A DNA stretch of 64,000 nucleotides from an uncultured Actinomycetes bacterium (GCA_963779645.1 CAVZYX010000015.1:620672-684671), one strand, 5' to 3'; counted from the stretch's first letter, positions 1-13,608 are shown. Program-made: numbers and translations. Notes: generated from the letters alone by a model not told the origin.

Positions 1-2
1 AT

Positions 3-1776
3 GCGCTCGGCGATTGGCTTTACACCCTCGAGGCCTGGGTTGACCACTTCGACACCTGGTCCGCCGATCTACAAAAACGGCTGGCAGCGCAACCCGGCCA
101 GCCTGGCGTAAGTCCTTCGGCCGAGCAACAGGATATCCCCCTCGCGTTGCGTTCCGGCGCGCTCTTGCTGGAGCAGGCCGCGGGACGCGCCAAAGATCCC
201 GATGGCAAACGTTTAGCAGACGAGGCTGCGCGTCTCCTCAATCTGGCGAAAGCAAAGTCTGAAATCTACGAATACCCTTTGACCGACGAGATCGTCGCGC
301 TCGTCGCACAATACCCAGATCTCACCTTGGCGACGCGCTATCCTCAGGATCTGCATCTGTGGGTAGACCGCGAACGCGCACGCTTCTCCACCTGGTACGA
401 GCTCTTCCCGCGATCCACCTCGCCCGACCCCGCGCGGCACGGCACATTCGCCGACGTCCAGGCACTTCTGCCAACCATCGCCGCGATGGGCTTCGATGTG
501 CTCTACATGCCGCCGATTCATCCCATCGGCAAAGCCTTTCGCAAAGGCCCCAACAACAACGTTACCTCGACAGAAAACGATCCCGGCAGCCCCTGGGCGA
601 TTGGTGCAAAAGAGGGCGGCCACAAATCCATTCTCGCCGAGCTTGGCACTCTTCGAGACTTCGACGCTCTCGTCGCCGCAACACGGCAGCACGGCATGGA
701 GTTGGCACTGGACATCGCCTTCCAGTGTTCCCCCGACCATCCCTGGGTCGCCGAGCATCCCGACTGGTTCAATCATCCGTCCCGATGGCTCCATCCAATA
801 CGCGGAGAACCCACCAAAAAAGTACCAGGACATCTATCCGCTCAACTTCGAGTCACCCGACTGGCGCGGTCTGTGGGAGGCTCTGCGCGATGTCTTCACC
901 TATTGGATCAAGCGCGGCGTCAAGATCTTCCGCGTCGACAATCCGCACACCAAGGCTCTTCCGTTCTGGGAGTGGTGCATCGGCGAGATTCATGCGAAAG
1001 ATCCTGATGTGATCTTTCTCGCCGAGGCCTTCACCCGTCCGCACGTTATGTACTCGCTGGCCAAGGCCGGCTTCACCCAGTCCTATACGTACTTCACCTG
1101 GCGCAACACGAAGGACGAACTACGTGAGTACTTCGAAGAGATCACCAAGCCGCCCGTGGCGACTTCTTTCATCCGAATCTCTGGCCAAACACGCCCGACA
1201 TCCTGCATGCCACCCTTCAAAACGGCGGCCGCCCTGCCTTCATGCAGCGCCTGATCCTTGCGGCAACACTTGGCGCGAACTACGGCATCTACGGCCCTGC
1301 CTATGAACTGGGCGAAAATCTTCCCGCCAAACCCGGTAGTGAAGAGTATCTCAACAGCGAGAAGTACGAGATTCGTCACTGGGACCGCAACGCAAGCACG
1401 AGTCTCGCTCCGCTCATCACGAAGGTCAATCAGATCCGGCGCACCAACCCCGCACTCCAGAGCGACGGCTCGCTTCACTTCCACAACGTGGATAACTCAA
1501 ACATCCTTTGCTACAGCAAATGGAGTGGGCAAAATCAGCATTCTCGTTGCCATCAATCTCGATCCAACTCAGGAGCAGGCAGGGTGGATCGATCTCGACC
1601 TCAAGGAACTGGCCATCCCGCATAACGAAACCTTTGACATCGAAGATCTGCTCACCGGCACCCACTACCAATGGCACGATCGCAGCAACTACGTCGCTCT
1701 ACGTCCGGATGTGATGCCCGCGCACATCTTCCGCTTGCTTCGCAAACCCACCGCCGAGACCGCGCAGACCCCGTAA
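3..1776 (+). CDS. glgE: alpha-1,4-glucan:maltose-1-phosphate maltosyltransferase (GlgE); 5' end lies outside the window; reading frame interrupted about 3 times
   Basis: Frame-3 translation from nt 3 runs into ORF 147-1007 ([30 protein letters not shown]). The same protein continues in ORF 496-1254 ([44 protein letters not shown]), then 1242-1625 and 1258-1776. Frame jumps fall near nt ~775, ~1150 and ~1530. It lies directly upstream of treS-mak, as in GlgE-pathway loci. Confidence 0.85.
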
Positions 1777-1885
1777 GCAAATCATTCCTGAAGATAGCTT
1801 CCAGCACGAGGACGAAGAGTGAAAAAGATCTGCCAGCGCCACCGATCCGCTCTGGTACAAGGACGCGATCATCTACGAGATTCAC

Positions 1886-5134
<3,249 letters not shown>

Positions 5135-5218
5135 ATATCTCGTTGGCCTAGGTGTACTGCCACTCAAGATTGATTCTTTTTGCTCTTGTCGAAAAAAAAT
5201 TACACGATAGTCTGAATC

Positions 5219-6100
5219 ATGGCTCCAGTGAAGCTGATCGTTGTCTTTGCCGCATGCCTCGCGTGGCCGCTGGCCAACTCACCTTCCGCCGGACATTTTC
5301 TTTTGCCAGAGCGCGGCGCCGCATCCGATCTCGAGATCGTCGGCATGGCCGCAGGTATCGCACCCGGCACAGTCCGCTACATCTCGTACGACCGACTCGC
5401 GACACTCTCTCAGACAACGGTCATAGTCACAGGCGATGACAACTTCCGCGAACTCGCTCAGCAAAAACTAACCGTGACCGGCGTCTATCTCGACGTGCTC
5501 GAGAGCTCCCTCGGCGTTCTTCCCGGATCGGATCTAATGACCGCCCTGTGTTCCGATGGCTATCGTGCAAACTACACGCGAGAGTATGTGAAGAGACACC
5601 GTCCAATCCTCGCGCTGAAGATTGACGGCCTGCCCGTCGAGACCTGGGTCGCTCAGACGCACAACGATGATCCCGGCACCTACTTCATCACCCATGCGGA
5701 CTTCACGCCGTCCTACAGCGTCCTCTCTTTTCCGGAGCTTCCCAAGATCCCGGCAAAGATAACCCGCCTCGAGTTCGGCACAACCCAGCAGGTCTACGGA
5801 GCCATCGCACCTCACCAGAAAGATGCGTCCAACCCGGAGGTCATCAACGGTTTTCGCATCGCCCAGCAACACTGTTACCGCTGCCACAATATGGGTAAAT
5901 ACGGCGGCACAAAAGCAGGCCGCTCGTGGCAGACGCTAGGCAACTTCGCCGCCTCGTCGCCATCGAGCTTCGAACGCTACCTCCGCAATCCAAAATCCAT
6001 CAATCCGAAATCTGCCATGTCACCTAATCCGCAGCTCGATGAGTCTACCGCGAAAGCCCTTCAGACCTATTTCCAGACCTTTGCCACGACAGCCCACTGA
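5219..6100 (+). CDS. secreted hypothetical protein with a C-terminal mono-haem cytochrome c motif
   Basis: 293-aa ORF with an N-terminal hydrophobic signal-like segment (LIVVFAACLAWPLANSPSA) and a single CXXCH motif (QQHCYRCHNMGKYGG). I recognise no other family. Confidence 0.6.
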   Translation: MAPVKLIVVFAACLAWPLANSPSAGHFLLPERGAASDLEIVGMAAGIAPGTVRYISYDRLATLSQTTVIVTGDDNFRELAQQKLTVTGVYLDVLESSLGVLPGSDLMTALCSDGYRANYTREYVKRHRPILALKIDGLPVETWVAQTHNDDPGTYFITHADFTPSYSVLSFPELPKIPAKITRLEFGTTQQVYGAIAPHQKDASNPEVINGFRIAQQHCYRCHNMGKYGGTKAGRSWQTLGNFAASSPSSFERYLRNPKSINPKSAMSPNPQLDESTAKALQTYFQTFATTAH

Positions 6101-6139
6101 TGCTCCGTTTTCGCAGCACCCACCACACGGGTTCAAGCC

Positions 6140-7449
6140 ATGACAAACACCCCCTCTCCGCTCAGTTCTCTTCGCCACGCACTCGCGTCGTCTGAGACCG
6201 ATCCCCAAACGATAGCCATCGCTGCAGCCGGCAGCGCCAACAGCAACGCCTCGCACAACACCTACCTGACTCTCACAACGATTGAATCGCTCCAACGAAC
6301 CGAACGACTACCCGGCATCTTTGCCGACGCTCAAAATCGTCCATCTCTTTACGGCATTCCCATCTCGATCAAAGACTGCTTCGACCTGACAGGGACCACG
6401 ACAAGCTGCGGCTCCCGCTTCTACCAGCAACTCCATCCCGTCGCCGAAAAGAACTCATGGGTCGCGCAACGCCTTCTCGACGCGGGCGCGATCATCCCCG
6501 GAAAAACTCATCTTCATCAGCTTGCATACGGCATCACCGGCGAAAACGCCGACTATGGAGACTGCGTCCAGCCACGCGACTCAACTCTGCTCACCGGTGG
6601 CTCCTCGAGCGGCGCAGCTGCCAGTGTGCAGGAAGGATCTGCCCTCGCAGCCATCGGCACCGACACCGGCGGATCCGTCCGCGTCCCCGCTGCACTCTGC
6701 GGACTAGCCGGCTACCGCGCCTCTCACGGCGTCAGCCACGGCGAAGAACGCTGGTCCGGCGCTGCCCACCTTGCACCATCCTTCGATACCCTCGGCCTGC
6801 TCTTTCGCGATCTCCGCGACGGCCCCGCGCTCGCCAGCGCCATCTACGACATCCCCTCCGTCACCGCACCAACTCAACTCCGGATCGGCTATGTTGGCGA
6901 AGAGTTCACCCACGATTGCGAACCCGAGGTCCTCGCCGCATTCGCCGCTTGGAAGCAGCACCTCACAGGATGCGGAGCGCGCCTCACAGCAATCGACACC
7001 GCCTTCTGGGCCGACAGTCTGGAGATCTTCGCGTCGATCCAGGCCAGCGAAGCAGCCCAACTCCACCGCGGCACTATCAACACTTCGAGCCCGCGATCGC
7101 AGAACGCCTCGCCTGGGGAGCGTCCATCACGATCGAGCAACTCCAGGCTTTTCGCCGGCGCCTCGAAGTCTTCCGCTCCCGTATGTCGTCGCTCTTCCAA
7201 CAAGTCGACCTCCTCCTGCTCCCCTGCTCTCCCGTCAGCAAACTCTTCGCAGGCACGGACCAATCGCACATCCGCAAAGCGATCCTGCGCTACACCACAC
7301 CTGTCAGCCTTGCCGGCATGCCCGCCGTCACTCTCGCTGGCGAAGCCATCGGTGCGCCCCTCGGCACTGGCATGCAGTTGGTTGCTGCCTCCATGCAGGA
7401 CGCAGCGCTCTTATCCTTCGCCGCCTCTCTCCCAACGCGTCTCCGCTAG
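6140..7449 (+). CDS. amidase-signature family amidase (GatA-like); one frame break near nt ~7075
   Basis: ORF 6140-7591 carries IPISIKDCFD, GGSSSGAAASV and GTDTGGSVRVPAALCG (amidase signature). After ..AAQLHRG the conserved C-terminus (HFEPAIAERLAWG..TPVSLAGMPAVTL) continues in ORF 6457-7449. Confidence 0.8.
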
Positions 7450-7462
7450 GCCGTGTGAACCG

Positions 7463-7606
7463 CTACGCGCGGTGCGGTCACTTCGTGACGGGTATACCTC
7501 TCCGGTTGGCGCTCCCGCTGGTCGCGATGAGAATCGTCTGCCGATCGTCGCGAGGCCCCGGGGCGAAGTCGGTATACATGTCACGAAGTGACCGCCGCCC
7601 GCGCAG
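7463..7606. repeat. MITE/REP-like palindromic element, copy A (~144 bp, ~36-bp terminal inverted repeats)
   Basis: Left arm ctacgcgcggtgcggtcacttcgtgacgggtatacc (7463-7498). Right arm ggtatacatgtcacgaagtgaccgccgcccgcgcag (7571-7606). The two are reverse complements with ~6 mismatches. A second copy lies at 8726-8878. Confidence 0.75.
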
Positions 7607-7686
7607 GGAAACTTTACAGACGCGCTTCCATTGACGATGATGTTAGGGCCGGATGCAGTCCCTCCGGCAGTCACGGGGAATCAACA

Positions 7687-8718
7687 ATGAGCACAAGCAA
7701 CGGCGTACTACGCGAAACACTCGACAAGATCATCGGTAACGACCGCACCGAACACCTCTTCAAGCTTCTGGTCATCCATCCCGAGATCGCCTCCGCCACC
7801 GGCCCGCAAGTCTCTCGCGCCGTCCTCGCACAGGCACTCAACATGCTCCTCTTCGAAGATCTTCTTCGCCGCGTCCCCACTGCCAAAACCTACGCCGACT
7901 ACACTCTCAGCAAAGGGCGCCAGATCCTCCACGATCACGGCGCCGTCCGCACCGTTGCACTCGAAGGCATGGGCGGCCTCCCCGCCGGCCAAGAAGCAAT
8001 CACGCGCATTCTTCGCCCACTCGGCTACGCACTCAACGGCGTCTACCCGCTGGAACGCCTCAAGATGACCGGCCGCTCCCATGCCCAGGCCGACTATCCC
8101 GAAGAGATCGCCCAGTTCTTCCTCAGCGAACTTCACCCCGAGCGCTTCTCGCCAGAGTTCCAGGCCGCAGTCCAGCGCGTCACCGCAACTTCAAAGGACC
8201 CCGTCACCCCACAGGCGAAATCTCTCCTCGACAAACTAGAATCCACCGGCTCCCTCAGCATCGACGAGTCCGTCGCGCTGCTCCCAATCCTCGCCTCCGT
8301 CTTCGAGCGCCAGCACACCGAACCCACCCTCGCCGACTACGAGATTCTCCTCGCCGAATCCCCCGAGATGGCCTGGATCTCGACCGAGGGCAACGCCTTC
8401 AACCATGCCACGGACCGCGTTCCCGACGTGGACCAACTTGCAGCAGAACAGAAAGCCCTGGGCCAACCCATGAAGGCCGCCGTCGAAACCTCGCAATCGG
8501 GCCGCGTCCGCCAGACTGCCTTTCTCGCCGCCAAAGTTCAGCGCAAGTTCCACACACCCGAAGGCGGTCTCGTCTCCAAAGAAGTCAACGGCTCCTTCTA
8601 CGAGTTCATCACGCGCCTTCCGCTCCCTGAAGAGGACGGCAAGCAGAAACTCGACCTCGGCTTCGACAGCTCCAACGCCCAGGCCATCTTCAAGATGACC
8701 GCCACCGGCAAAGCCTGA
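7687..8718 (+). CDS. DUF1338 family metalloenzyme (2-oxoadipate dioxygenase/decarboxylase HglS / YdcJ-like)
   Basis: ATG at 7687, in frame with ORF 7588-8718. The upstream part of that ORF overlaps repeat copy A and is unlikely to be coding. Family-typical motifs: LHDHGAVRT (H-x3-R), NAFNHATDRVPD, GSFYEFITR, FDSSNAQAIFKMT. Confidence 0.7.
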   Translation: MSTSNGVLRETLDKIIGNDRTEHLFKLLVIHPEIASATGPQVSRAVLAQALNMLLFEDLLRRVPTAKTYADYTLSKGRQILHDHGAVRTVALEGMGGLPAGQEAITRILRPLGYALNGVYPLERLKMTGRSHAQADYPEEIAQFFLSELHPERFSPEFQAAVQRVTATSKDPVTPQAKSLLDKLESTGSLSIDESVALLPILASVFERQHTEPTLADYEILLAESPEMAWISTEGNAFNHATDRVPDVDQLAAEQKALGQPMKAAVETSQSGRVRQTAFLAAKVQRKFHTPEGGLVSKEVNGSFYEFITRLPLPEEDGKQKLDLGFDSSNAQAIFKMTATGKA

Positions 8719-8725
8719 AGGCCTA

Positions 8726-8878
8726 CTGCGCGTGGGGCGGTCACTTCGTGACGTGTATACCGGTCTTGAGGAAAGAGCGGCACAGGTCCTCCCGTTGGTC
8801 GGCACAATCATCTTCCCCGACCAGCGGGAGGGTCACCGAAGGGGTACACAAGTCACGAAGCGACCGCCCTCCGCGCAG
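8726..8878. repeat. MITE/REP-like palindromic element, copy B (inverted relative to copy A)
   Basis: Arms ctgcgcgtggggcggtcacttcgtgacgtgtatacc (8726-8761) and ggggtacacaagtcacgaagcgaccgccctccgcgcag (~8841-8878). The interior 13-mer cgaccagcgggag is the exact reverse complement of ctcccgctggtcg in copy A. Confidence 0.75.
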
Positions 8879-8932
8879 GAGGCTCGTCCGCCAGGAAACA
8901 AAAATCATGTTGAATGTGATCCCTTTTCATCC

Positions 8933-9295
8933 TTATGGCTGAGCGGAATTCAACGGAAAGCTAATGTCTAAATCAGCAAGCCGAACTACCGCGAGATCAG
9001 GCTCAATAGGAGATCGATGATAGATCTGAAGATGAGTTGGCGATATCCATGTCAGCTGAAGATCTTTGTCAGCATTCTCATCACTAAGAACATAGGTCTT
9101 TGGAACCATCCCTCCGCCCGGATAGCTGAAAATATCGAACGGTTTTCCACGATTCACGGTTCCGTTAACTCTGCGGACGCTGACGGCAGTTTCAACCCAT
9201 GCTGAACCGAAACCGCCCCACTGATCAGTTCTGGCTGTTGCGATCCACGCTCCATCTGGCGAGGGAATATCCTTTTTCCACACTGTAGGGTCGTA
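8933..9295 (-). pseudogene. 3' fragment of an unknown gene (low-GC half of the chimeric ORF 8933-9544)
   Basis: C-terminal ~120 aa of ORF 8933-9544 (RGYDPTVWKKDIPSPDGAW...ISFPLNSAQP), encoded in ~48-55% GC DNA. No start of its own and no recognisable family. Confidence 0.4.
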
Positions 9296-9544
9296 GCCGC
9301 GATACACCAGGTCGCTCGAGATGAGCCCGAGATCGACGACGTCGACGCCCTCGGCGGTCACCCCGTCGGCGAAGGCGGCGGACAGGGCGGCCCCCGAGGC
9401 CCGCATGTCGCGGCCCATCAGGATGCGGGGGGCGCCGGTGAAACGGGCGAAGGCGGTGCCCACCGACCGGGCTATGGACGCGTCGAGTTGATCGGGCACG
9501 ATGCCGCGAATGTCGTACGCCTTGAAGATCGCGGCAATCGCCAT
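9296..9544 (-). pseudogene. phosphomannomutase/phosphoglucomutase, N-terminal ~82-aa fragment only
   Basis: MAIAAIFKAYDIRGIVPDQLD..FARFTGAPRILMGRDMRASG..GVDVVDLGLISSDLVY is a typical alpha-D-phosphohexomutase N-terminus. Enzymes of this family are ~450 aa. The similarity stops at the GC break near nt ~9295-9304. Confidence 0.7.
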
Positions 9545-9570
9545 TGGGCTCCCAATGTAGTTGGGGCAGG

Positions 9571-10314
9571 ATGAGCACCTTGATCTCGGTGGTGATGCCC
9601 GCCCACGACGAGGAGGACTTCCTCGCCGCCTCGGTCGAGGAGGTCGTGCTGGGCCTCCGCGGCCGGCGCGATTTCGAGGTCGTGGTGGTGGAGAACGGCT
9701 CGACCGACGCCACCGCCGCGGTGGCGGCCAAGCTGGCCGGCCGGTTCCCGGAGGTCCGCTGCCTCTCGCTCGACGTCGCCGACTACGGGGCCGCCCTCCG
9801 CCAGGGCTTTCTGGCCGCCACCGGGAGGTCGGTGGTGATCTTCGACGTCGACTACTACGACCTGGGCTTCCTCGACGAGGCCTTGAAGGTGCTCGAGCGG
9901 GATGGTGGCCCGGCCATCGTCGTCGGGAGCAAGCGGGGGCCGGGCGCGATGGACACCCGGGGTTGGAGCCGCCGGTCGGTCACGTGGGTGTTCTCCACGA
10001 CCCTGCGGGTCGGTTTCGGGCTGGGCGTGTCCGACACCCACGGGATGAAGGTGCTGCGGCGGGAGGAGATGGTGGCCCTGGTCGAAGGGTCGAAGTTCGG
10101 CACCGACCTGTTCGACACCGAGCTGGTCATCCGGGCCGAGCGGGCCGGCCTCCGGGTCGAGGAGCTGCCGGTGCTGGTCGAGGAACGCCGACCGTCCCGC
10201 ACGTCGATCGTCCGCCGCATCCCCCGGTCGCTGGTCGGCCTGGCCCGCCTCCGGATGGTGCTCTGGCAGGAAGGCCGCGCCTCGAAGGCCGACTACCCGG
10301 AATCGGACCGCTGA
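9571..10314 (+). CDS. family 2 glycosyltransferase (polyprenol-phosphate sugar synthase-like)
   Basis: In frame with ORF 9544-10314; ATG at 9571. Motifs: ISVVMPAHDEE, VVVENGSTD, IFDVDY (DxD), and a C-terminal amphipathic/TM tail. Confidence 0.85.
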   Translation: MSTLISVVMPAHDEEDFLAASVEEVVLGLRGRRDFEVVVVENGSTDATAAVAAKLAGRFPEVRCLSLDVADYGAALRQGFLAATGRSVVIFDVDYYDLGFLDEALKVLERDGGPAIVVGSKRGPGAMDTRGWSRRSVTWVFSTTLRVGFGLGVSDTHGMKVLRREEMVALVEGSKFGTDLFDTELVIRAERAGLRVEELPVLVEERRPSRTSIVRRIPRSLVGLARLRMVLWQEGRASKADYPESDR

Positions 10315-10451
10315 CTGCTCGCGCCGTGCAGTTCCCCGGCCGCAACGCCTCAGGCAGTTACACCCGGATGACGCTGTCACCCCTGACCGCATTCGGATCG
10401 GTGGGCTCCACACGCTGGGCCCACAGCGCGCGAGTTATTCCTACAGGGACC

Positions 10452-11228
10452 CTACGCCCATAGGTTGTCCATCGTCTCGTGTGTCATCGGCCGGGCAAGA
10501 TCCCGGGGCGCGGCGTAGGCCATGTTGATGATGAGCCTGCGTCCACCGGTGATCGGGTAGACGCGGTGCATGGTCGTGTCGGTTCGCATCAGGTACAGGT
10601 CGCCCGGAGCCAACTCCATGGAGTAGATCGGCCGGGAGACGAACCACCTGGGCAGCTGCGGGTCGTTCTTGTTCCATGACGTCCGAGGAACGCACTGCAC
10701 GAACCCGCCGAGCTCGATGGGCGGGCACTCGACGACCCACACGAGCGCCAAACTGTAGTCGTCCCAGTGCCAGCCATGGGTGTCGCCGGACTGCTCGAGT
10801 TCCGTGATGACGAAGCGCTCGGGAAGGTACGGGCATTCCAGGACCTCGTCACCGGCGATTGTGGCCAGAGCAGCGCGTATGCCGGGCGCGGAATACACCG
10901 CAGGGATGACCGAGCCGAACTCGGCGATCTGGTCGTGTCGGAGGTTCCGCATGCGACGTGGCGTGTTCCCGGTCTCGTGAAAGACCAGGTCACGACGGGT
11001 GCCGTGGGAGGCCATCAACTCCTCTGCCTCCTGAGCCACGGCCTTCTTCACGGCGTCCGGGGCCAGGAATGCAACTCTGGCCGCACCCCGTTCCAGTAGC
11101 CCGGCCCGCGCCTCACCTAGACGGGGATCATCCAACAACGCGGAGATGTGCGATTCTAATTGCGCTACCAGCGGATGGGTGAGAGTGATAACGACGACCC
11201 TTATGCTCGGAGGATGGGAAGGTACCAT
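10452..11228 (-). CDS. Fe(II)/2-oxoglutarate-dependent oxygenase-like protein (HxD...H facial triad; amino-acid hydroxylase-like)
   Basis: Intact 258-aa ORF. GDTHGWHWDDYSLALVWVVE supplies H-x-D and TDTTMHRVYPI a distal His. The Asp rather than Gly/Ala after the first His argues for a hydroxylase, not a halogenase. Subfamily assignment is inference. Confidence 0.55.
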   Translation of the reverse strand: MVPSHPPSIRVVVITLTHPLVAQLESHISALLDDPRLGEARAGLLERGAARVAFLAPDAVKKAVAQEAEELMASHGTRRDLVFHETGNTPRRMRNLRHDQIAEFGSVIPAVYSAPGIRAALATIAGDEVLECPYLPERFVITELEQSGDTHGWHWDDYSLALVWVVECPPIELGGFVQCVPRTSWNKNDPQLPRWFVSRPIYSMELAPGDLYLMRTDTTMHRVYPITGGRRLIINMAYAAPRDLARPMTHETMDNLWA

Positions 11229-11806
11229 TGAGCCAGCCCGATAACGCGGACCGCCGCACCGAGAGCACCGTCTGGTATCTCGAGTTGACTGAACGGCGAG
11301 TCCTGCCGGTACCTCCTGCCGATCCTCGTCTCGAGATCGTCCGCGCCGAACTGCCTTCCCCGGAATTCGGCCAGTTTCTCTACAGGGCTGTGGGAGGGGA
11401 CCATTTCTGGATCGATCGGCTGCCCTGGACGCGGCAAGACTGGGAGGAGCGGCTCAACCTACCGGGGCTGGAAAACTGGGTCGCGTGGATCCGCGGCACT
11501 CCCGTTGGGTACGCAGAGCTACGCGCCGAACTCGACGGCAACGTCGAGATAAGTTCCTTTGGCCTCATGCCCGCTTTCAGGGGAAGGGGCTTGAGCCGAC
11601 ATTTGCTCACCTTCGCCTTGGAGAAGGCTTGGACTATTGCCGAGCGATGGCCTGGGTTCCCTCCGGCTCGGCGCGTCTGGCTCCACACATGCTCCTTCGA
11701 CAACCCCGCGGCACTGCACGTCTATCGGTCCCAGGGCCTGTCGGTCTACAAAGTGGAGGCGGCCATCGTCGAGCTTCCTCAAGACCGGCCGGGAGTTGCC
11801 GGTTGA
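11228..11806 (+). CDS. GNAT family N-acetyltransferase
   Basis: 192-aa ORF, divergent from the oxygenase. Acetyl-CoA motif A: FGLMPAFRGRGLSRHLLTFALEKAW..NPAALHVYRSQGLSVY. Confidence 0.8.
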   Translation: MSQPDNADRRTESTVWYLELTERRVLPVPPADPRLEIVRAELPSPEFGQFLYRAVGGDHFWIDRLPWTRQDWEERLNLPGLENWVAWIRGTPVGYAELRAELDGNVEISSFGLMPAFRGRGLSRHLLTFALEKAWTIAERWPGFPPARRVWLHTCSFDNPAALHVYRSQGLSVYKVEAAIVELPQDRPGVAG

Positions 11807-12065
11807 CTTGACGATCGTTGCTCGTGAAGTGAGAACTACGCAGTGGCAACACACGGAAACTGACAGCTGTACTCGGCGGGCAGGGCTCTTCGGCGATGAC
11901 CTGCGCCAAGCCGTTGGTCGTGCAGGGTTGTCCGGACCTCGGTAAAGGCGCTCGTACCGCCGGGTTCCCTGGCGGCGTAGCTCGAGGCTGTTGCACCCTT
12001 CTCACCGATGATCGCCTGAACCCCATGCACTCGTTCGGAGGATGCGGTTCGTCCGGTCCGTCAAC

Positions 12066-13581
12066 TTAGCGGGCCACCTCGTCGGCCTTCTTCTCGTCGT
12101 TCTTCTTCTCCTTCTCCTCGTGGTAGACGGCCTCGACGTTGACGGTCCAGATGTCGTGGGGCGGGTCGGCGCCGAGGATGTTCTCGCACCGAGAGCATGG
12201 CCGTGTACATCGAGTGGTCCTGGTTGTTGTAGCGGTGCATCCCGTTGCGGCCGACGGGGAACACGTTCGGGCGTGTTGGCCTTGAGCCAGTCCCGCAGGG
12301 TCTGCACGTTGGCCTTGTAGGTGCGTCGTACATCGGGTACGCCTTCGGCATCCGCACCACGTAGCCGGACTCGACCTTGGTGGGATCGACGAGCCCGAGG
12401 ACCCCCAGCTCCTTCTTGCCCAGCTCGACCAGGTCGTCGTCGGCCATCGTCCACAGGTCGTCGCCCTCGAAGACGAAGTACTCCAGCCCCAGGCAGGTGC
12501 GGCCCTCCTTGACCATGTACGGCGACCACGAGCCGAAGTTCTGGATGCGGCCCAGGCGGACGTCGGGCGAGTGCACGTAGATCCAGTTGTCGGGGAAGCC
12601 GCACGCCTCGGGCACCACCAGGGCGACGGTGAGGAAGTCGCGGTAGTGCAGGCCGTTGGCCGCGGCCAGCACGTCGGCGGACGGGGCCGGGTCCATGATC
12701 TTGAGCAGCGTCGAGATCGGCATCGAGGAGATCACGTGGCTGGCGCGGAGCGGGTCGGCGAGCCGTCGTGCGCGGTCGACACCGCCACCGCCTGGCCGCC
12801 GTCGTGGTGGATCGCCGTCACGGGTGACTCCATGTCCACCTTGGTGCCCGGCGCCTCGACCATCTCGCGGCACCGCTCCCACATCATCCCGGGCCCGTAC
12901 TTGGGGTACTGGAACTCCTCGATGAGGCTGGTGATGTCCTTCTGGTTCCGGCTTGGGCAGGATGGCGTTGAGTGACGGCCTTGATCAGCGAGAGGTTCTT
13001 GATGCGCTGGGCGGCCCAGTCGGCCTGGATCTCGGTGGCGGGCACGCCCCACACCTTCTCGGTGTAGGTCTTGAAGAAGATGCGGTAGAGCCGGCAGCCG
13101 AAGCGGGCGGCGACCCAGCCCTCGAACGTCGACTGGTCCTTGGGCGGGCGCACCCGGGCCCAGCCGTAGGAGGCGACGCAGCGCACCGCCTCGACCACGC
13201 CCAGGCTCCGCAGGGCGTTCACCGGCTTGAGCGGGTAGTCGAAGAACTTGCCGCCGTAGTAGATCCGGCTCATGCCGGGGCCGCAGCAGGAAGTCGTCGT
13301 CGGGGAGGATCTCGTGCCAGAGGTCCTCGACGGCCTGGACCTTGGTGAAGAACCGGTGGCCGCCGATGTCGAAGCGCCAGCCGTCGCGCTGGACCGTGCG
13401 GGCGATGCCGCCGACCACCGAGTCGGCCTCGAGCATGGTGGACGGTGTGGCCGGTCTTGCCCAGCTCGTACGCCGCCGTCAGCCCGGCCGGGCCGGCGCC
13501 GATGATGACGATGTCCAGGTCTGCTGCGTCGGGCGTGGGGGTGGGCGCGTGCTGTTTTTCAGTCGACTGCTCGGGGGACAA
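12066..13581 (-). CDS. NAD(P)/FAD-dependent oxidoreductase (amine-oxidase / UDP-galactopyranose-mutase-like fold); heavily frame-broken (~7 breaks)
   Basis: N-terminal Rossmann motif DIVIIGAGPAGLTAAYEL (ORF 13270-13581). The protein continues through ORFs 12732-13436, 12884-13273, 12061-12882 and 12002-12604 (GGHRFFTK, RIYYGGKFFDYPL, FKTYTEKVWG, GRNGMHRYNNQDHSMYTAML). After manual frame correction the stop is TAA at 12066-12068. Single extra bases are visible near ~12190, ~12255 and ~12322. Confidence 0.8.
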
Positions 13582-13608
13582 CGATCTGCTCCTTTGTCGG
13601 CGTCGACC

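Noticed and set aside
5186-5213. Sigma-70-like promoter TTGTCG-16 nt-TAGTCT just upstream of the haem-protein gene.
   Set aside because: The -10 element ends only 5 nt before the annotated ATG, which would imply a leaderless mRNA. The match is weak, and promoter consensus for this lineage is not known to me.
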